The notes under the pieces are model-generated. The model was not told the DNA's origin and made no database searches. It worked only from the letters and a program-made list of their open reading frames with translations. The position numbers and the translations under genes were made by a program. This document shows, piece after piece, positions 11,858-26,900 of a stretch of DNA of 64,000 nucleotides. The stretch is taken from assembly GCA_000388065.2 (NCBI GenBank), contig KB932205.1. One strand, 5' to 3'. Numbering within the stretch: position 1 is the first letter of the stretch; each line of letters begins with the position of its first letter. The DNA comes from Fonticula alba ATCC 38817. Lineage: Eukaryota; Protista; Nucleariida.

Positions 11858-14800
11858 CGGAGGAAAGCACAACCCACTGCGGAGCCCGCCGGCCCTGAGC
11901 CGAGCTTGGGTTTCTCGGGCGGGCCTGGCTGAGACGGGGGGCGTGCTGGAGGAAGGGGAGGGGCAACCGTGCGGTCAGACGTTCCTCCGGCCCGCAAAAT
12001 CGGGCCTTTTTGTCGCGCTCCGGGATACCTCCCGCCGGGGATGTCCCCCCCCCCCCCGCCCCCGCATGGCTTCCTTCCCCACCCAGCTCGGCGTGCAGGG
12101 CCCGAGGCGGCCCGCCCGCGCCCAAGGGCTCGCCCTCTCCTCTGACTGGGGCTGGCGTCTGGGGCAAATGCGCTCTACGCGCGATACTCGCCCCGGCTGG
12201 GACTCCGACGCGCGATGCCAAAGGGCCCCGGATCCTGCCCCTCCGTCAACAAAAAGCGCCAGTCCTCAGCGGAGACCCCCGCCCCCCCCCNNNNNNNNNN
12301 CCCGGCATGTGCTGACGCGTATACCTTTTCACACGTTCCTGGATAACGTACACGTACACACGTACACACGTACGAAAACACACCCGCCGGCAGGTCGACC
12401 CCATGCGTCTTGCCAAGGGCGAGGATATCGACAAGAACTGGAAGAACATCGAGCACTTCCTGGGTATCATCATCAAGGCGATCATCAACTCGGTGAAGCA
12501 CTGCCCACCGGCTTTCAGCTTGATTTTCAGCTTCATCCAGGCTGAGGTGATCGCTCGGTTCCCAGACAGCACGGCGGCCCGGTACACATCCATTTCGGGG
12601 TTCTTCTTCCTGCGATTCTTCTGCCCGGCCATCTTGGGCCCGAAGCTCTTCGGACTGTGGGACGGTACGTGAGGCACTCGTCCGGAGGCGTCTTCCTTTT
12701 CTGCCTTCCTCCCCCCCTCCCCCCCTGTCTCTTTTCCCTTGGCCCATGCCCCGCCTCTGCTTTGGCGCATATTTCCCCTCTCCCCTCCCGGCCGCCTGCA
12801 CCGGGCAGCTTCCATTCATGCAGCGCCACCATGGCCATCCACTCACTCCTACTTTGGTCCTCCATCCCGCGCCAAAACAGAGGCCATCGACCCGCGCCAG
12901 GCCCGCGGTCTGACCCTTATTGCCAAAATCATCCAGAGCATGGCCAATCTGGTGGAGTTCGGCAACAAGGAGGCCTTCATGACGCCCATCAACGATGTGA
13001 TTTACCAGTACATCCCCTCCATCAAGGAGCTGCTCGATGAGATCTCCGTACGTCAGGCAGAACCCCACGGCAGCCCGAATGTCGATACACACGCGCACAC
13101 AACAAGCGGAGGCTGACTCTCAGTAATATGCCATGTGCCATCTATGCACACGCACACGCACACGCACACGCACACGCACACGCACACACACAGTCCCCCC
13201 TTCCGGAGTTCCATGTCAGTAAGCTCCCCAAGCGCATGATCTCTTGGGATGTGCCGAACCCCCTCTTCTCCGACCACTCGGACTATGAGCGCCAGTGCTT
13301 CCGGCTGTTCACCTATCTGGAAACCGAAAGCAAGAAGGTTTCCCAGCACCTGGACCCCTCGGAGTATGCGCTGTTCGACGAGCTGCAGGACATGCTGGAC
13401 GACTTGCGCGAGAAGCACCGGTCTTGCGAGGACTTCTTCAAGGCCCGGACCAATCGCTACTCCATGTCCAGCCCGTTGAGCTCCACCTCGCTGAACCTGT
13501 CCTCCGAGCTGTCCAGCAAGAACCCCTTCTCCAGCGGCCTGCGCCTGTCGCGCCTGTCGGCCGGGTCTCTGGGGGCCTCTTCCCCGGGGTCGGTCTCCTC
13601 GTCCTCTCCCTCGCCGCACTCGGCGCCGATGGTCCCCTCGCCGCTAAGCACCGGTGCCCATACCCCGCGATCCGACGACCCGCATGAGCTTGAGTGGGCC
13701 TTCAGCCAGTCGGCCGGCAGCTCGCCCAAGCACCGGACCTCGATCCTGGTCCCCATCGGGTCGCCCTCGGCCATGGCCGCGGCTGCGGGCGTGGCCAATG
13801 CCGTCGCCGAGACCCCGGTCCTGGCCGCCAGCCTCACCTCGACGAGTGATGTTTCAACCACCCCTCTGGTGGGAGACATTGCCCTGGCCTGTGAGGAGGA
13901 GGTTCCGTCGGGCGATCTGCCCACCCTGCCGGACGCGGTGGTTGATGACCCGGCCCCGCCGGTGCCCGTGGAGTCCACCGATGCCGAGGCATCGCCAGCC
14001 ACCGACAAGCAGGCCGACTCGCCATCTGGCGCGCCGACCGAGCCGCAATCCCCGGTGCTGGACACCACTCCGGGCGACTTCCACAAGGCCAGGGAGGTCT
14101 TCCTGGCCGCCGAGGAGTCATACATCCCGGCGCCAAGTGCCCAGTTCGCCGTGGCCCAGCCGAACTTCCTCACCGCCGACAAGACCATTGCCATGGAGGA
14201 TTCGGTGCGTGTGCCGCGCTGGCTCTTTTGCGCCTGCCCTGCTCCATGTTGCCGAGTGGGGCCGGACATTTCCCCTTTTCCTGCTGCTCCTTTGGTCCCT
14301 GGTTTGCCCCCTCCCCTGCTCGACACTTCCTTCTGGTGAACTAGCACCATGCCACCGGCCAGCCATTCTCCCTTCTTACCTCTGCCCCCCTTCCCTCTCT
14401 CTCTCTCTCCCCCCCCCCCCGGATCAAAGGTTGTCCTCACTGGGGTTTTGTCCACGCCGACGATTGTCCGCTCCCCGGCGCCGATGCCGACACCAGTGGT
14501 GGCCATGGACCTGCCGGTGGCCTCCTCGGTCCCGGCTGCGGCGGCCCCCTTGGAAGAGATTGTCATGCCGGCCCTGCCGGCCAGCCTGACAGCCGCCACC
14601 GGGCCCACGATCACGCCCTCTGCCTCCACGGTGACCACCTTCATCATGCCGCTGCGTGCGGATCTCGCGGAGCCGGTGCCGGTGGCCCCCTACTCGGATG
14701 CCGGGCCGCCGATGTCCACGTACATTGCCCAGGCCAATACGCTGACCGTGTCGGTCAGCCCGATGCCCGAGCCGCTGGTGATGCAGGAGGTGGTGGTCGG

Positions 14801-16442
14801 CTCGCCGCCGGCACCGGTGGCCACCGACGAGTTCGGCCTGCCCGTGGACTTCCTGGATCAGCTGGACGCGGCCCCGGCCTCGGCCCCGGCCCCGGCCCCG
14901 GCCAGCTCGGACTGGGCCGCCACCAATCCCGCTTTGGCGGCTCTGCTCCTTGCCACTCAGCACGCGTCCAGCCATGCGGGCAGCCTGGCGGCCGGGCTCG
15001 GCCGCGGCTCGACGGCCGCCGGTCCGACCGGGTCGGTCAGTTCGCCGCACACGGCGGCCACGCCCCTCTCGCCGGTGGACGATTTGGACAGCCTGCTGCA
15101 GGAGCTCGAGGCGTCGGGCTCCGGCTCGGGAACCGGCTCGATCGGGTCGGTCGCATCGCCGGGGGGCGCTCTCGTCGCCACGCCGGCCGCCGGTCAGCAG
15201 CATCCTCACCAGCCGTCTGGCACTTCGTCGAGCTCCCTGCAGCCGGTGTTCGCCAACAACGACCCCACGCAGCCGGTGCTCCAGTGTGCTGCCTGTGCCT
15301 ATCACATCGAGCTGGAGGAGGAGTACCTCAGCTGGGGCGGCTTCGTTTGGCACACGGACCACTTCACCTGCTCGCACTGTGACTGCTCGCTCACCGGCAG
15401 CCGCTTCTACTTCCACAACCGGCAGCTCTACTGCTCGACGCACTTCGAGGCGCTCTTCAGCTGTGGCAAGTGTGGCGACCCTGTGTCGACGGATGTACGT
15501 ACTCTCTTTGGGGGGGGGGGGGGGGGGGTTCAGCAGCATCGCGTGGCTCTTTGCGTCCCGCCCTCTGTTCTTCCTCTCGCCGGCACCTGTACTGACTCCT
15601 CCTCTCTCTCTCTCCACACACACACACACACACACACACGTGTCTCAGGTCGTCGAGGCTCTTGGCAAGAAGTGGCACGCGAACTGCTTCTGCTGCACGG
15701 ATTGTGGCATGGTCCTGTCATCGAACTTCATGGCCGACGAGCACCGGATGCCCTATTGCCGCAACCACTTCCTGCAGTCGCGCGGCATGATTTGCCGTGT
15801 GTGCACGCAGCTGGTGTCCAGCGACTTCGTTCGCATCGATGGCGCCTACCTTCACACCAGCTGCTTCACTTGCCAGGTGCGCCATACAGCCTGCAACATC
15901 CACGCACACGCACCGGGGTTCACTTGCCTTCCGTGCCCCTGTCTCCTTTCTCCTCCTCTTCCGGATGGGACTGACGCTTTTTCCTTTCCTCCTTCCTTTC
16001 CCGGTCTCTTCCCCGGTCTGCCCCTCCTCCTCCCGGCTCCTGTAGGAATGTGCCTCCTGCCTCTCCGGGAAGGCATATCTCCGGGTCGGCGACAGCACAT
16101 ACATGTGCGCGGACCATTATGTGTGCTTCTCATGCAAGCATCCCATCTCCGACGGACAGGCCGTCTCGGCACTTGGTGCGTCTGGCTCTTGGCGCGGGCC
16201 GGGTGCCAATTGTGGCCTCCTCTCTACCGCACCGCCGCCACCGACACATGCGCACCTTTCTCCCCTCTGTCTTTGCGATTGCTGACCGCCACATGATGCG
16301 CCCGATCGCCTGCTGTGCTGCCATGTGCGCAGGGAAAAAGTTCCACGTCGATCACTTCAACTGCACTTCCTGCGGGAACACGCTGATCGATCAGCAGCTG
16401 TATGAGCGCGGTGGCATTCCACTATGCTACTCCTGCTTCTAG
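9391..16442 (+). CDS. GAP1-type RasGAP (tandem C2-C2-RasGAP) fused to a long low-complexity linker and four C-terminal LIM domains; 11 exons, ~1554 aa
   Basis: Exons 9391-9938, 10041-10291, 10437-10847, 11024-11496, 12394-12664, 12881-13047, 13194-14204, 14430-15494, 15649-15876, 16046-16175, 16333-16442; all GT-AG and phase-consistent. C2 motifs (VEVIEAKDL; VSEARDL...DTYV...DFMG), arginine finger TLFRANSLASK, FFFLRFFCPAILGP, LTLIAKIIQSMAN, and four CxxC...HxxC(F)xC LIM units. Confidence 0.9.
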
Positions 16443-16713
16443 TCATTTTTGGTGCGTCATCCGTCGCCCCGTCATCCGGGAAACGAGATGCCTCTTTTTG
16501 CCGCGAGGAGCTTCAGATTCTGACGCTGACCCTTGTCTGCGCTTCCGATGGTGGCAACGACCACCACCACCACCACCACCGTACCGCTGCCACCGCCACC
16601 ATCCGTGTATAGTTATACCTCAGCGATGTTACTCCCCTCCGATCATCGGGGGACGGGCACGCCTCCGCGCGCTGCCCGCGTGACCCTACACGCCCTGTGA
16701 GACTTCCCCGCTG

Positions 16714-19565
16714 TTAGTTGCCCTTGTGTGTTAATAATGTAGCTGAAATTGCTTCCACAAAGCGTCCTGCATGCTCTCTCTCTCTCCCATCATGGTCCCT
16801 GCTCCACATATGCATGCTCATACACATGCATGGGATGCTATGGCGATATACAGGGAGCCAGGCGAGGAGAGAACATGAAGGGATACAAAGAAAGAGGGAG
16901 CGAGGGCGTGTGTATGTGTGTGTTTGTTTGTTTGTTTGTTTGGTCTTTTGGAGCTCTATTGCTTGCGGATGTGCCTCCCCCTCCTGGGGATACAGGAAGA
17001 ATGCCAGATCCGGAGGAAGCAGACGGGACAAGAGCCCACGTGCGCCAGATTACCCACTTCCCCACTTCTGGTTCCACTTCAGCAGGGTCTTGATGTCGTG
17101 CACCCAGTCGGTGTTGTTGGCCACCGGTGCCCCGCTGGGGCTGAGCTTTTGTGGAACCAGCGCCGGCAGGGGGAAGGGCGATGCCCGAACATGGAGGGTC
17201 TCCCGGAAGTCCAGCTTCAAATTGTTCCGCCCGTCGAAGCTGACCTCGGCCGAGGACCGGCTCCCAGCAGCCAGCTGATGAAGGAACACGAGGGAGGAAA
17301 AGGAAAGGTCAGCATGTGGCCTGGCACGGGCAAGGCCAGTGTTGCAGGAGGCACCCAAAGGAGAGACGCACCCGGAGGGAGATCGAGCAGTCCGGCGGCA
17401 AAACCGCCGGCCGGAAGGACAAGCTGCGCGGGCAAATCGGCGTCAGCAAAAGGCTTCGAACGGAGGGGTGGACCACCGGGCCCCCGGCTGACAGAGAATA
17501 GGCCGTCGACCCTGTCGGTGTGGCGATGATCAGCCTGGACACGTAAGTGGCCATGGGTGGGGGGGGGGGGGGGGGGGGGGGAAGGAGTGCAAGAAAGAAC
17601 AAGGCCATCATTTTTTATTCCCATATAAAGTGAGTTGTTCTCTTCCATGTGTGTGTGGTTTTCTGGCGTTGTCCCCCATTCTCGTTGGGGGAAAAGACAA
17701 TGTTTGAGGTTCTCCCCCGGGCTCGGGGGGGGGAGGGGGGCAAGACAGAGAGCGGGTGAGCGGGTGAGCGGGTGAGTGAATGGATGGGAAACAAGAGGGG
17801 GGGGGGGGCGGATTGCTTGTCGAAACATTTCGATAATGCTCTCCAGAGTAGCGCAGCAGGAAGACGCCGCAGCATCGGAGACGGGCGGAACGCACCCATC
17901 GGCGATGGTTTCGGTCATGTACTTGCCGTCGATCATGATGTCCATGAAAGCCGGCGAGGTGTTGTTCCCCCGGTGGAGGGTCGTCTCATTGAGAGCATGA
18001 TACTCTGGGGAGGTGGAGAGAGAGAGAGAAGAAGAGGGGGAGATCAGGGCCGATGGCCACGTAAGATCCACAGGGTTAGACACGGGGGGGGGGGGGGCAG
18101 GAGAGAGCGAGAGAGAGGGCTTCGAGGGAAACAGGCATCACACACGAGAGCCATCTCGCGCAGCGCACCATCCTTCACCTTGCCATCGGCGTCCACAATG
18201 GTACAGTGGAGTCGCATGCGGGGGACGAATGCCACCGGCTCCTCCAGGGCCTGGCGCAGGATCGACCCAAATGAGTCCACTCGGAAGGGCATCAGGAAGC
18301 CCAGGGTCCCCATGCTGAGGGCCATAACCGGCGGGACTGGGCTGCCCTGGAAAAGAGAGGACACATGCAGCAGGGTCCCATCGCCGCCGATGGCCACCAC
18401 CAGGTCCACAACATCCGCCAGCTCCGAGCGGTTGACTGTAAAGGCGTAGCAAAGGAGGGGAGAGGGGGGGGGTGAGTTGGACGCGGACAAGAGGGGGGGG
18501 GCGGGCGGGAGGCGCAGAGCCAGCATCTGGGAAGGCAGGCGGCGGGGACAGAAAGAAAACAAGAGGAAGGCAGGCGCACTGGATGAATAGCCGATGAGAT
18601 TGGGTGGCAGGGTGGGCGAGGCCGACTGGGTGGGCTGCTGGCCCGGGGTCCCGGGCTGCGGGGACCCTGTGGCCGGGTGACCCACATCGGCATAGTCATC
18701 ATCCGGCACCGGATAGCAGGCCGAGGCCAGGGCCGACGCCGGCGTCAGCATGCGACGATACTCCTCCAACATATGATCCTCGACGATGATGTTGAACCGG
18801 GGGCTGGCCCCGGGCCCGGAGGCGGCCAACGGATGGTTATCATCCGCCGCCCCGGGCAGGCTGGTAGATAGGGCCCCCAGGAGCCCGGAGGCCGGGTGGT
18901 GTGGCACGCCGGATGACTGATCCAGCAGCTCGGCGATGCGGACATTCAACGAGGGGGACATGCCGTGTGTGACCGGGCCTCCGGCGGACAGCTCCGACAC
19001 GCGCAGCAGATCGCGCACAATGCGTGAGAAGGCCCGCGTGACGGAAATATCCCCCTTCTTGGCGATGAGGAGGATATTCCGCGGCGGGGTCGACCACTTG
19101 AGGGAGAAAAGGCTGTGTGGCGGAGGCAGCACCAGGAGCGGGGGAGGGGGGGGAGGGGCCGAGCGGAAGGGTAAGTCGGACAGACCAGCCAAGGGCGCGA
19201 GGGTGCCGGAGGCGTGGGGGCGGTACGCACTTGGAGACCGACCGCGAAAGGATCTGCCCATTGACGTCATCAATGTGCTCGGAGCAAATGGGGCCGCCCT
19301 CGAGGCGTGCGCCGGATGGCAAGTTCATACCACAGCCGGTCAGGTTCAGGGGTGTGGCGAGGCTGGCGGGCCCGGGCTGCACGCTGGCCTCCTGGCCGGC
19401 GGCCGTGGCGGCCGCCGAGTCGAAGGTCAACGGGTCGGGGGCCTGGCTGAGGGGGTTCGCCGGAATTGGGCCAACTGGCTGGCCCACCTGCGAGATCAGC
19501 CGCAAAGGCACCCGCCGGGGAAGGTGGGCGAACCGCGAGTAGACACGCTGCGCGACGGAACTCAT
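16714..19565 (-). CDS. NAD(H) kinase, probably mitochondrial (POS5-like); 7 exons, ~570 aa
   Basis: Exons 19565-19231, 19112-18580, 18435-18169, 18004-17896, 17534-17372, 17274-17054, 16798-16714. Motifs [59 protein letters not shown]. Arg-rich, acid-free N-terminus ([23 protein letters not shown]) suggests a presequence. Confidence 0.92.
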
Positions 19566-21370
19566 GGCAGTCCGGACATCTGGGGGGGGGTGCAGGGGAA
19601 AGGGCAGGGGAGGGGCGCGGATGGNNNNNNNNNNNNNNNNNNNNNNNNNNNNNNNNNNNNNNNNNNNNNNNNNNNNNNNNNNNNNNNNNNNNNNNNNNNN
19701 NNNNNNNNNNNNNNNNNNNNNNNNNNNNNNNNNNNNNNNNNNNNNNNNNNNNNNNNNNNNNNNNNNNNNNNNNNNNNNNNNNNNNNNNNNNNNNNNNNNN
19801 NNNNNNNNNNNNNNNNNNNNNNNNNNNNNNNNNNNNNNNNNNNNNNNNNNNNNNNNNNNNNNNNNNNNNNNNNNNNNNNNNNNNNNNNNNNNNNNNNNNN
19901 NNNNNNNNNNNNNNNNNNNNNNNNNNNNNNNNNNNNNNNNNNNNNNNNNNNNNNNNNNNNNNNNNNNNNGGGGGGGAACCACACCTTCGGTGTTTGTGTG
20001 CCATGTTTGGGACCGTTCTCTCGGGACGAAACTCAGGCGCGGCCCGGGCGTAGGCCAAGGGGTGGGGGCATATTCACGCGGCAACCGGTGAATGGGGCAC
20101 GCGGAGTGCGCGGCGCCATCGGCGCATGTCGGCCCTCCCGTTCCCCCCCCCCCCCCTCCCCCTCTGAGGGCAATAAGGCGGGAGGCGCGGACCCATCTCC
20201 CCGGCTGCAAGGAGAAGACGCCCTCTCGAGATCTCATCCGACATGGAAGAGGCAACAGGCGGCCGGCCTGCCCCAGCCCGCCCGTCGGGGCCCGGGGAGG
20301 CCGGCGGGCCGGGGAACCGCCCTGGTAGTGGGCGTTTTCTGTCCCCCCCCCCCCCACCCTCAGGGGCGCGAATGTCCGCGTGCGCGGGCCCCCGATACGC
20401 TTTTTGTGCGCCCCTCTGCACGCAAGGGCAGGCGCGTGGGGGACCACCCGCCCCACGGCACGCACCGAAGTAAAGACGCCACAATAGCGCGACCTGACCC
20501 CCATGTGTGACACTGATCCATCCGAGGTTCGTGCCCGCGCGCGCATACACTCGCACAGACATGGAGGCCGGATACGCACGCGGGGAGAGACACCCCGGCC
20601 TGGGGCCAGCCGGCGGCAATCCATACTGCCAATGATTCATGTCTTAGTTCATCGGCATCTGATCCGCCATGTCATGTTATCGATCACTTGACTATGTGGC
20701 GGTTTAGGACTTGCCCTGGCGGGACCATGACCCCTGAAATGCACGCACATCATTTGGACAACGGGCCCTTAGGGTGGTCTGGCGGCGATGTGTGCGTCGC
20801 CCGGCGGCGGGGGGGGGGGGGGGGGGAGGGGGGCGCGAGTGGCTGGCTGCTGTGTGCCCGAGTGACATGGCCGGTGATGTGCGTGTGTTGACCACCAGGA
20901 CATGCTCTCTCTTTGGCCCACAGCTCCCCGCTGCCCCTCTTGCCCTGGAGGAAGCCCGCCCACACAGCCGGGCCAGGCCCCTTTCGGCACCCGGCATTGG
21001 GGGGCGGGGGGGGGAGCGAGGGACACAACACTTGGCCCGCGGCTGGTGACTCAGTCATTCTCGCGGGGCAAGGACACTCCCATGCGCGGAACGTGGTAGA
21101 CCGCGCCACCCGAATGGGCCCCGACGTCGCTCCCCCCCCCCCCCCGTCAACGGAGAGACTGAGCGAAAGAGGCAGGGAGAGTGAGAGAACGAGACACACA
21201 CATACACGGACCGAGGGAAGATGGGCCCTCTTCCTCTCACGCCCAAAATGGCTCTTCATATGTGTTGGTATCACTCCAAATAATGGTCTATTATTGACAC
21301 ATACGAGAGAAAGATGGGGCGAGAGGGAAGGGGGACAGGCGTGCCAGCCTCTTCGGAGTTTCCCCCTTCA

Positions 21371-23989
<2,619 letters not shown>

Positions 23990-26900
23990 TGTGGGAAGGG
24001 TGGGGGGGGGGGGGGCGCTGCTCGTCGCCCTGCTTCGGGGCATCATCCGCTGCCCTCGACAGGAGGGAGCCCCCGAGGGAGGGGGTGGGGTGGGGGGTGG
24101 GGGGGGGGGGGGGGGGGAGAAAAATGAAGCCTCAAATTCTGGCGGAGGGAAGAGGCGCATACGGGGGAAAGAGCACGACGGAAGGGGCGTAGGGGAGGGG
24201 CACGGCGGGGCGTGGGTGGGTGTGTCAGCAAACACCAAAGGGGACAGGAGGGGGAGGGGCAAGAGACGGACAGAGAGGGAGAGGGAGAGGGAGACAAGGG
24301 GGGGGGCAGAGGATGACGGGGGGAACGAACCGCCAAAACAAAAGAGAACAAAAAGCTTGATAGCCAACCCCGCTTCGTCGGTGCCAAAAGCACCACTCAT
24401 GTACTTGAATGAACGCCTTGGCGCGTGCGTGCGCGAGCGCGCCCGGGCCCCACGGCAGGAAAGAAAGAAAGAGAGAGGGGGCAGCGGGCAGGGACGGAAG
24501 AAAGCGACCACAGGCGAAGGGAGAACGCACGGGCCCACGCCCCGTCGGGGCCTCCCTCCGTGTTCCCCTCCGCCGCCCCCTCACACCGCCCCGTCCCCCG
24601 GGGGGGGGGAGTGCGAGGGGACAAGGGGCGCGGCCTCCCCTGAGAGTACCACACCACTACGCCCATGCACACCGCAGCCCACGGCCTGCATTCCTTCCCC
24701 GTCACAGAAACCGGGGACCGTCTACGCACGGGTCCCCCACTGGACCCTTGCCCCGCCCCGCTCCGCCCCGGGACAGGGGGGGCCGGGCGGCGAGAGAGAG
24801 GACAGAAGACGGACAGCCCTCTGCCGCCCGCCGCGGCGCTCTGCGAGGCCGCCCCCCCCCCCTCGCCCGCCCCGCCGCGCCCCCCAGCCGCTACGACTGG
24901 GGTGGCAGACTTGCGCCCCCCTTCCCTGCCCCCCCTCCCCCCCCGCGTCCCCTCGCTCCCCGGCCAGGCATGAAAAAGGGGGACGACAAATGGGGCGAGC
25001 GGGGGCTGGCGTGCCTGCGCCCCCGTCCCCGCCGGGGGAGGGGGGGGGGCGGGGGGCGAGGCGCAGAGACAGGAGACCAACGTCCTGCACTGCCCAGGAG
25101 GGGCCCCCCCGGGGGGGGGGGAGGGGGGCAGGGAGCAGGAGAGGCTCNNNNNNNNNNNNNNNNNNNNNNNNNNNNNNNNNNNNNNNNNNNNNNNNNNNNN
25201 NNNNNNNNNNNNNNNNNNNNNNNNNNNNNNNNNNNNNNNNNNNNNNNNNNNNNNNNNNNNNNNNNNNNNNNNNNNNNNNNNNNNNNNNNNNNNNNNNNNN
25301 NNNNNNNNNNNNNNNNNNNNNNNNNNNNNNNNNNNNNNNNNNNNNNNNNNNNNNNNNNNNNNNNNNNNNNNNNNNNNNNNNNNNNNNNNNNNNNNNNNNN
25401 NNNNNNNNNNNNNNNNNNNNNNNNNNNNNNNNNNNNNNNNNNNNNNNNNNNNNNNNNNNNNNNNNNNNNNNNNNNNNNNNNNNNNNNNNNNNNNNNNNNN
25501 NNNNNNNNNNNNNNNNNNNNNNNNNNNNNNNNNNNNNNNNNNNNNNNNNNNNNNNNNNNNNNNNNNNNNNNNNNNNNNNNNNNNNNNNNNNNNNNNNNNN
25601 NNNNNNNNNNNNNNNNNNNNNNNNNNNNNNNNNNNNNNNNNNNNNNNNNNNNNNNNNNNNNCCCCCCGCCCCCCAGCCCTCCCCCAGGGTGCTCTCTAGC
25701 CTGGGGCCCCCGTGTCTGGGCCGCCCAAAGTGCGGACGTGTACTCTCCCCCCTCCACCCAGTTCCCCGAGGGAGGGGATGAGGGGCGTGAGCCCCTCTCG
25801 GGAAATAAATAGCGCGCAACGGGGGCTCTTCCGAGCGGCGCGCTGTGGCCAGAGGGAGCGGGAGCGGGAGACGGCAGTCAGCAAGTTGCCGAGGCGGCGC
25901 GGGTGGATAGTCACGCGCCCCGGCTCGCATACCGGCGGCCAGCGGGGGGAAGCCCCCAGGGCGGAGGCCCGGCCTGTGGGGCTGCCGCCCGCGGCCCCGC
26001 ACGAAGACCAGCCAAGAGGCCCTGTGAGTGTGCGCAATGTTCCTGGCCGAGGGCTCGAGGGGAGAGGGAGAGAGCGCGGGAGGCCGGCGTCGAAGGGAGG
26101 CGGGCCGAGCCCCGGGGGCTGGCCGAAAGAAAATCTCGCCGGCGCCGCATAACGGCTCTCGGGCAACTCCGCCGGGTGCCCAAGCATGTCTGTCTACCTT
26201 GCCCCCTCTCGCGCGCAAGTCGACCAGCCGCGGGCGCCGGAAAGCCGGCCAGGGACACGAGGCATATCCGGGTCCTGACCAATCGCATGCGTCCGGCCAG
26301 GCCGGGCGTTCGGGGGACGTTCTGAGGTAGCAGGCCCTGCGCGTGCGCGCGTCTGTGCGCCGTGCGTGGGCTCTCCATCTGTGCATTAGTAAAAATGCAT
26401 GATCGGAGACGCTAGAGTGCTGGGGGGGGGGTGACGCCCTGGTGCGCGCGCGCACCAGGCGCAATGGCGCGAGGCGGAGAAGGCCCGCTGGACAAGTAGC
26501 GCTCCCCCGCCGCCTGGCCTCCCTCTTTCTGCGCGCTAGACGCGCGCGCGCGCGGGGGCGGGGGGGGCAGGAGGGGGGAGGGGGGCAGTCGGCGCCCAGG
26601 GATGTGGGCCGAAAATGATGAGAAAAATGCCCCCCCACCCAATAGGCCAGCCTGGGAAGACTGCCGGGGCTCCTAGCCGGGCTCCGTCGCCCCCCCCCCC
26701 CCCCCCCACCCCTTGCCCCCCCGGGGTTGGTTCTTCGCCGCGCGCGCACGGCCGTCTCCGTGGGACGCGCCGCGCGCCCACGCCGCATGCACGCACGCAC
26801 GACGCCTTCGGCGAGAGGACGAGCGCAGGCGACCAGGAGCCTGAGACACATGCGCAGGGGCCGGGGGAGACGGGCCGGCGGACGCGGTGCGTGCAGGGGA

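Noticed and set aside
20629-20702. Two adjacent hairpins in an AT-rich island (H/ACA- or SECIS-like?)
   Set aside because: No H or ACA box and no SECIS quartet; the G.U pairs favour opposite strands for the two stems.
26615-26621. Perfect C box ATGATGA
   Set aside because: No D box within snoRNA distance.
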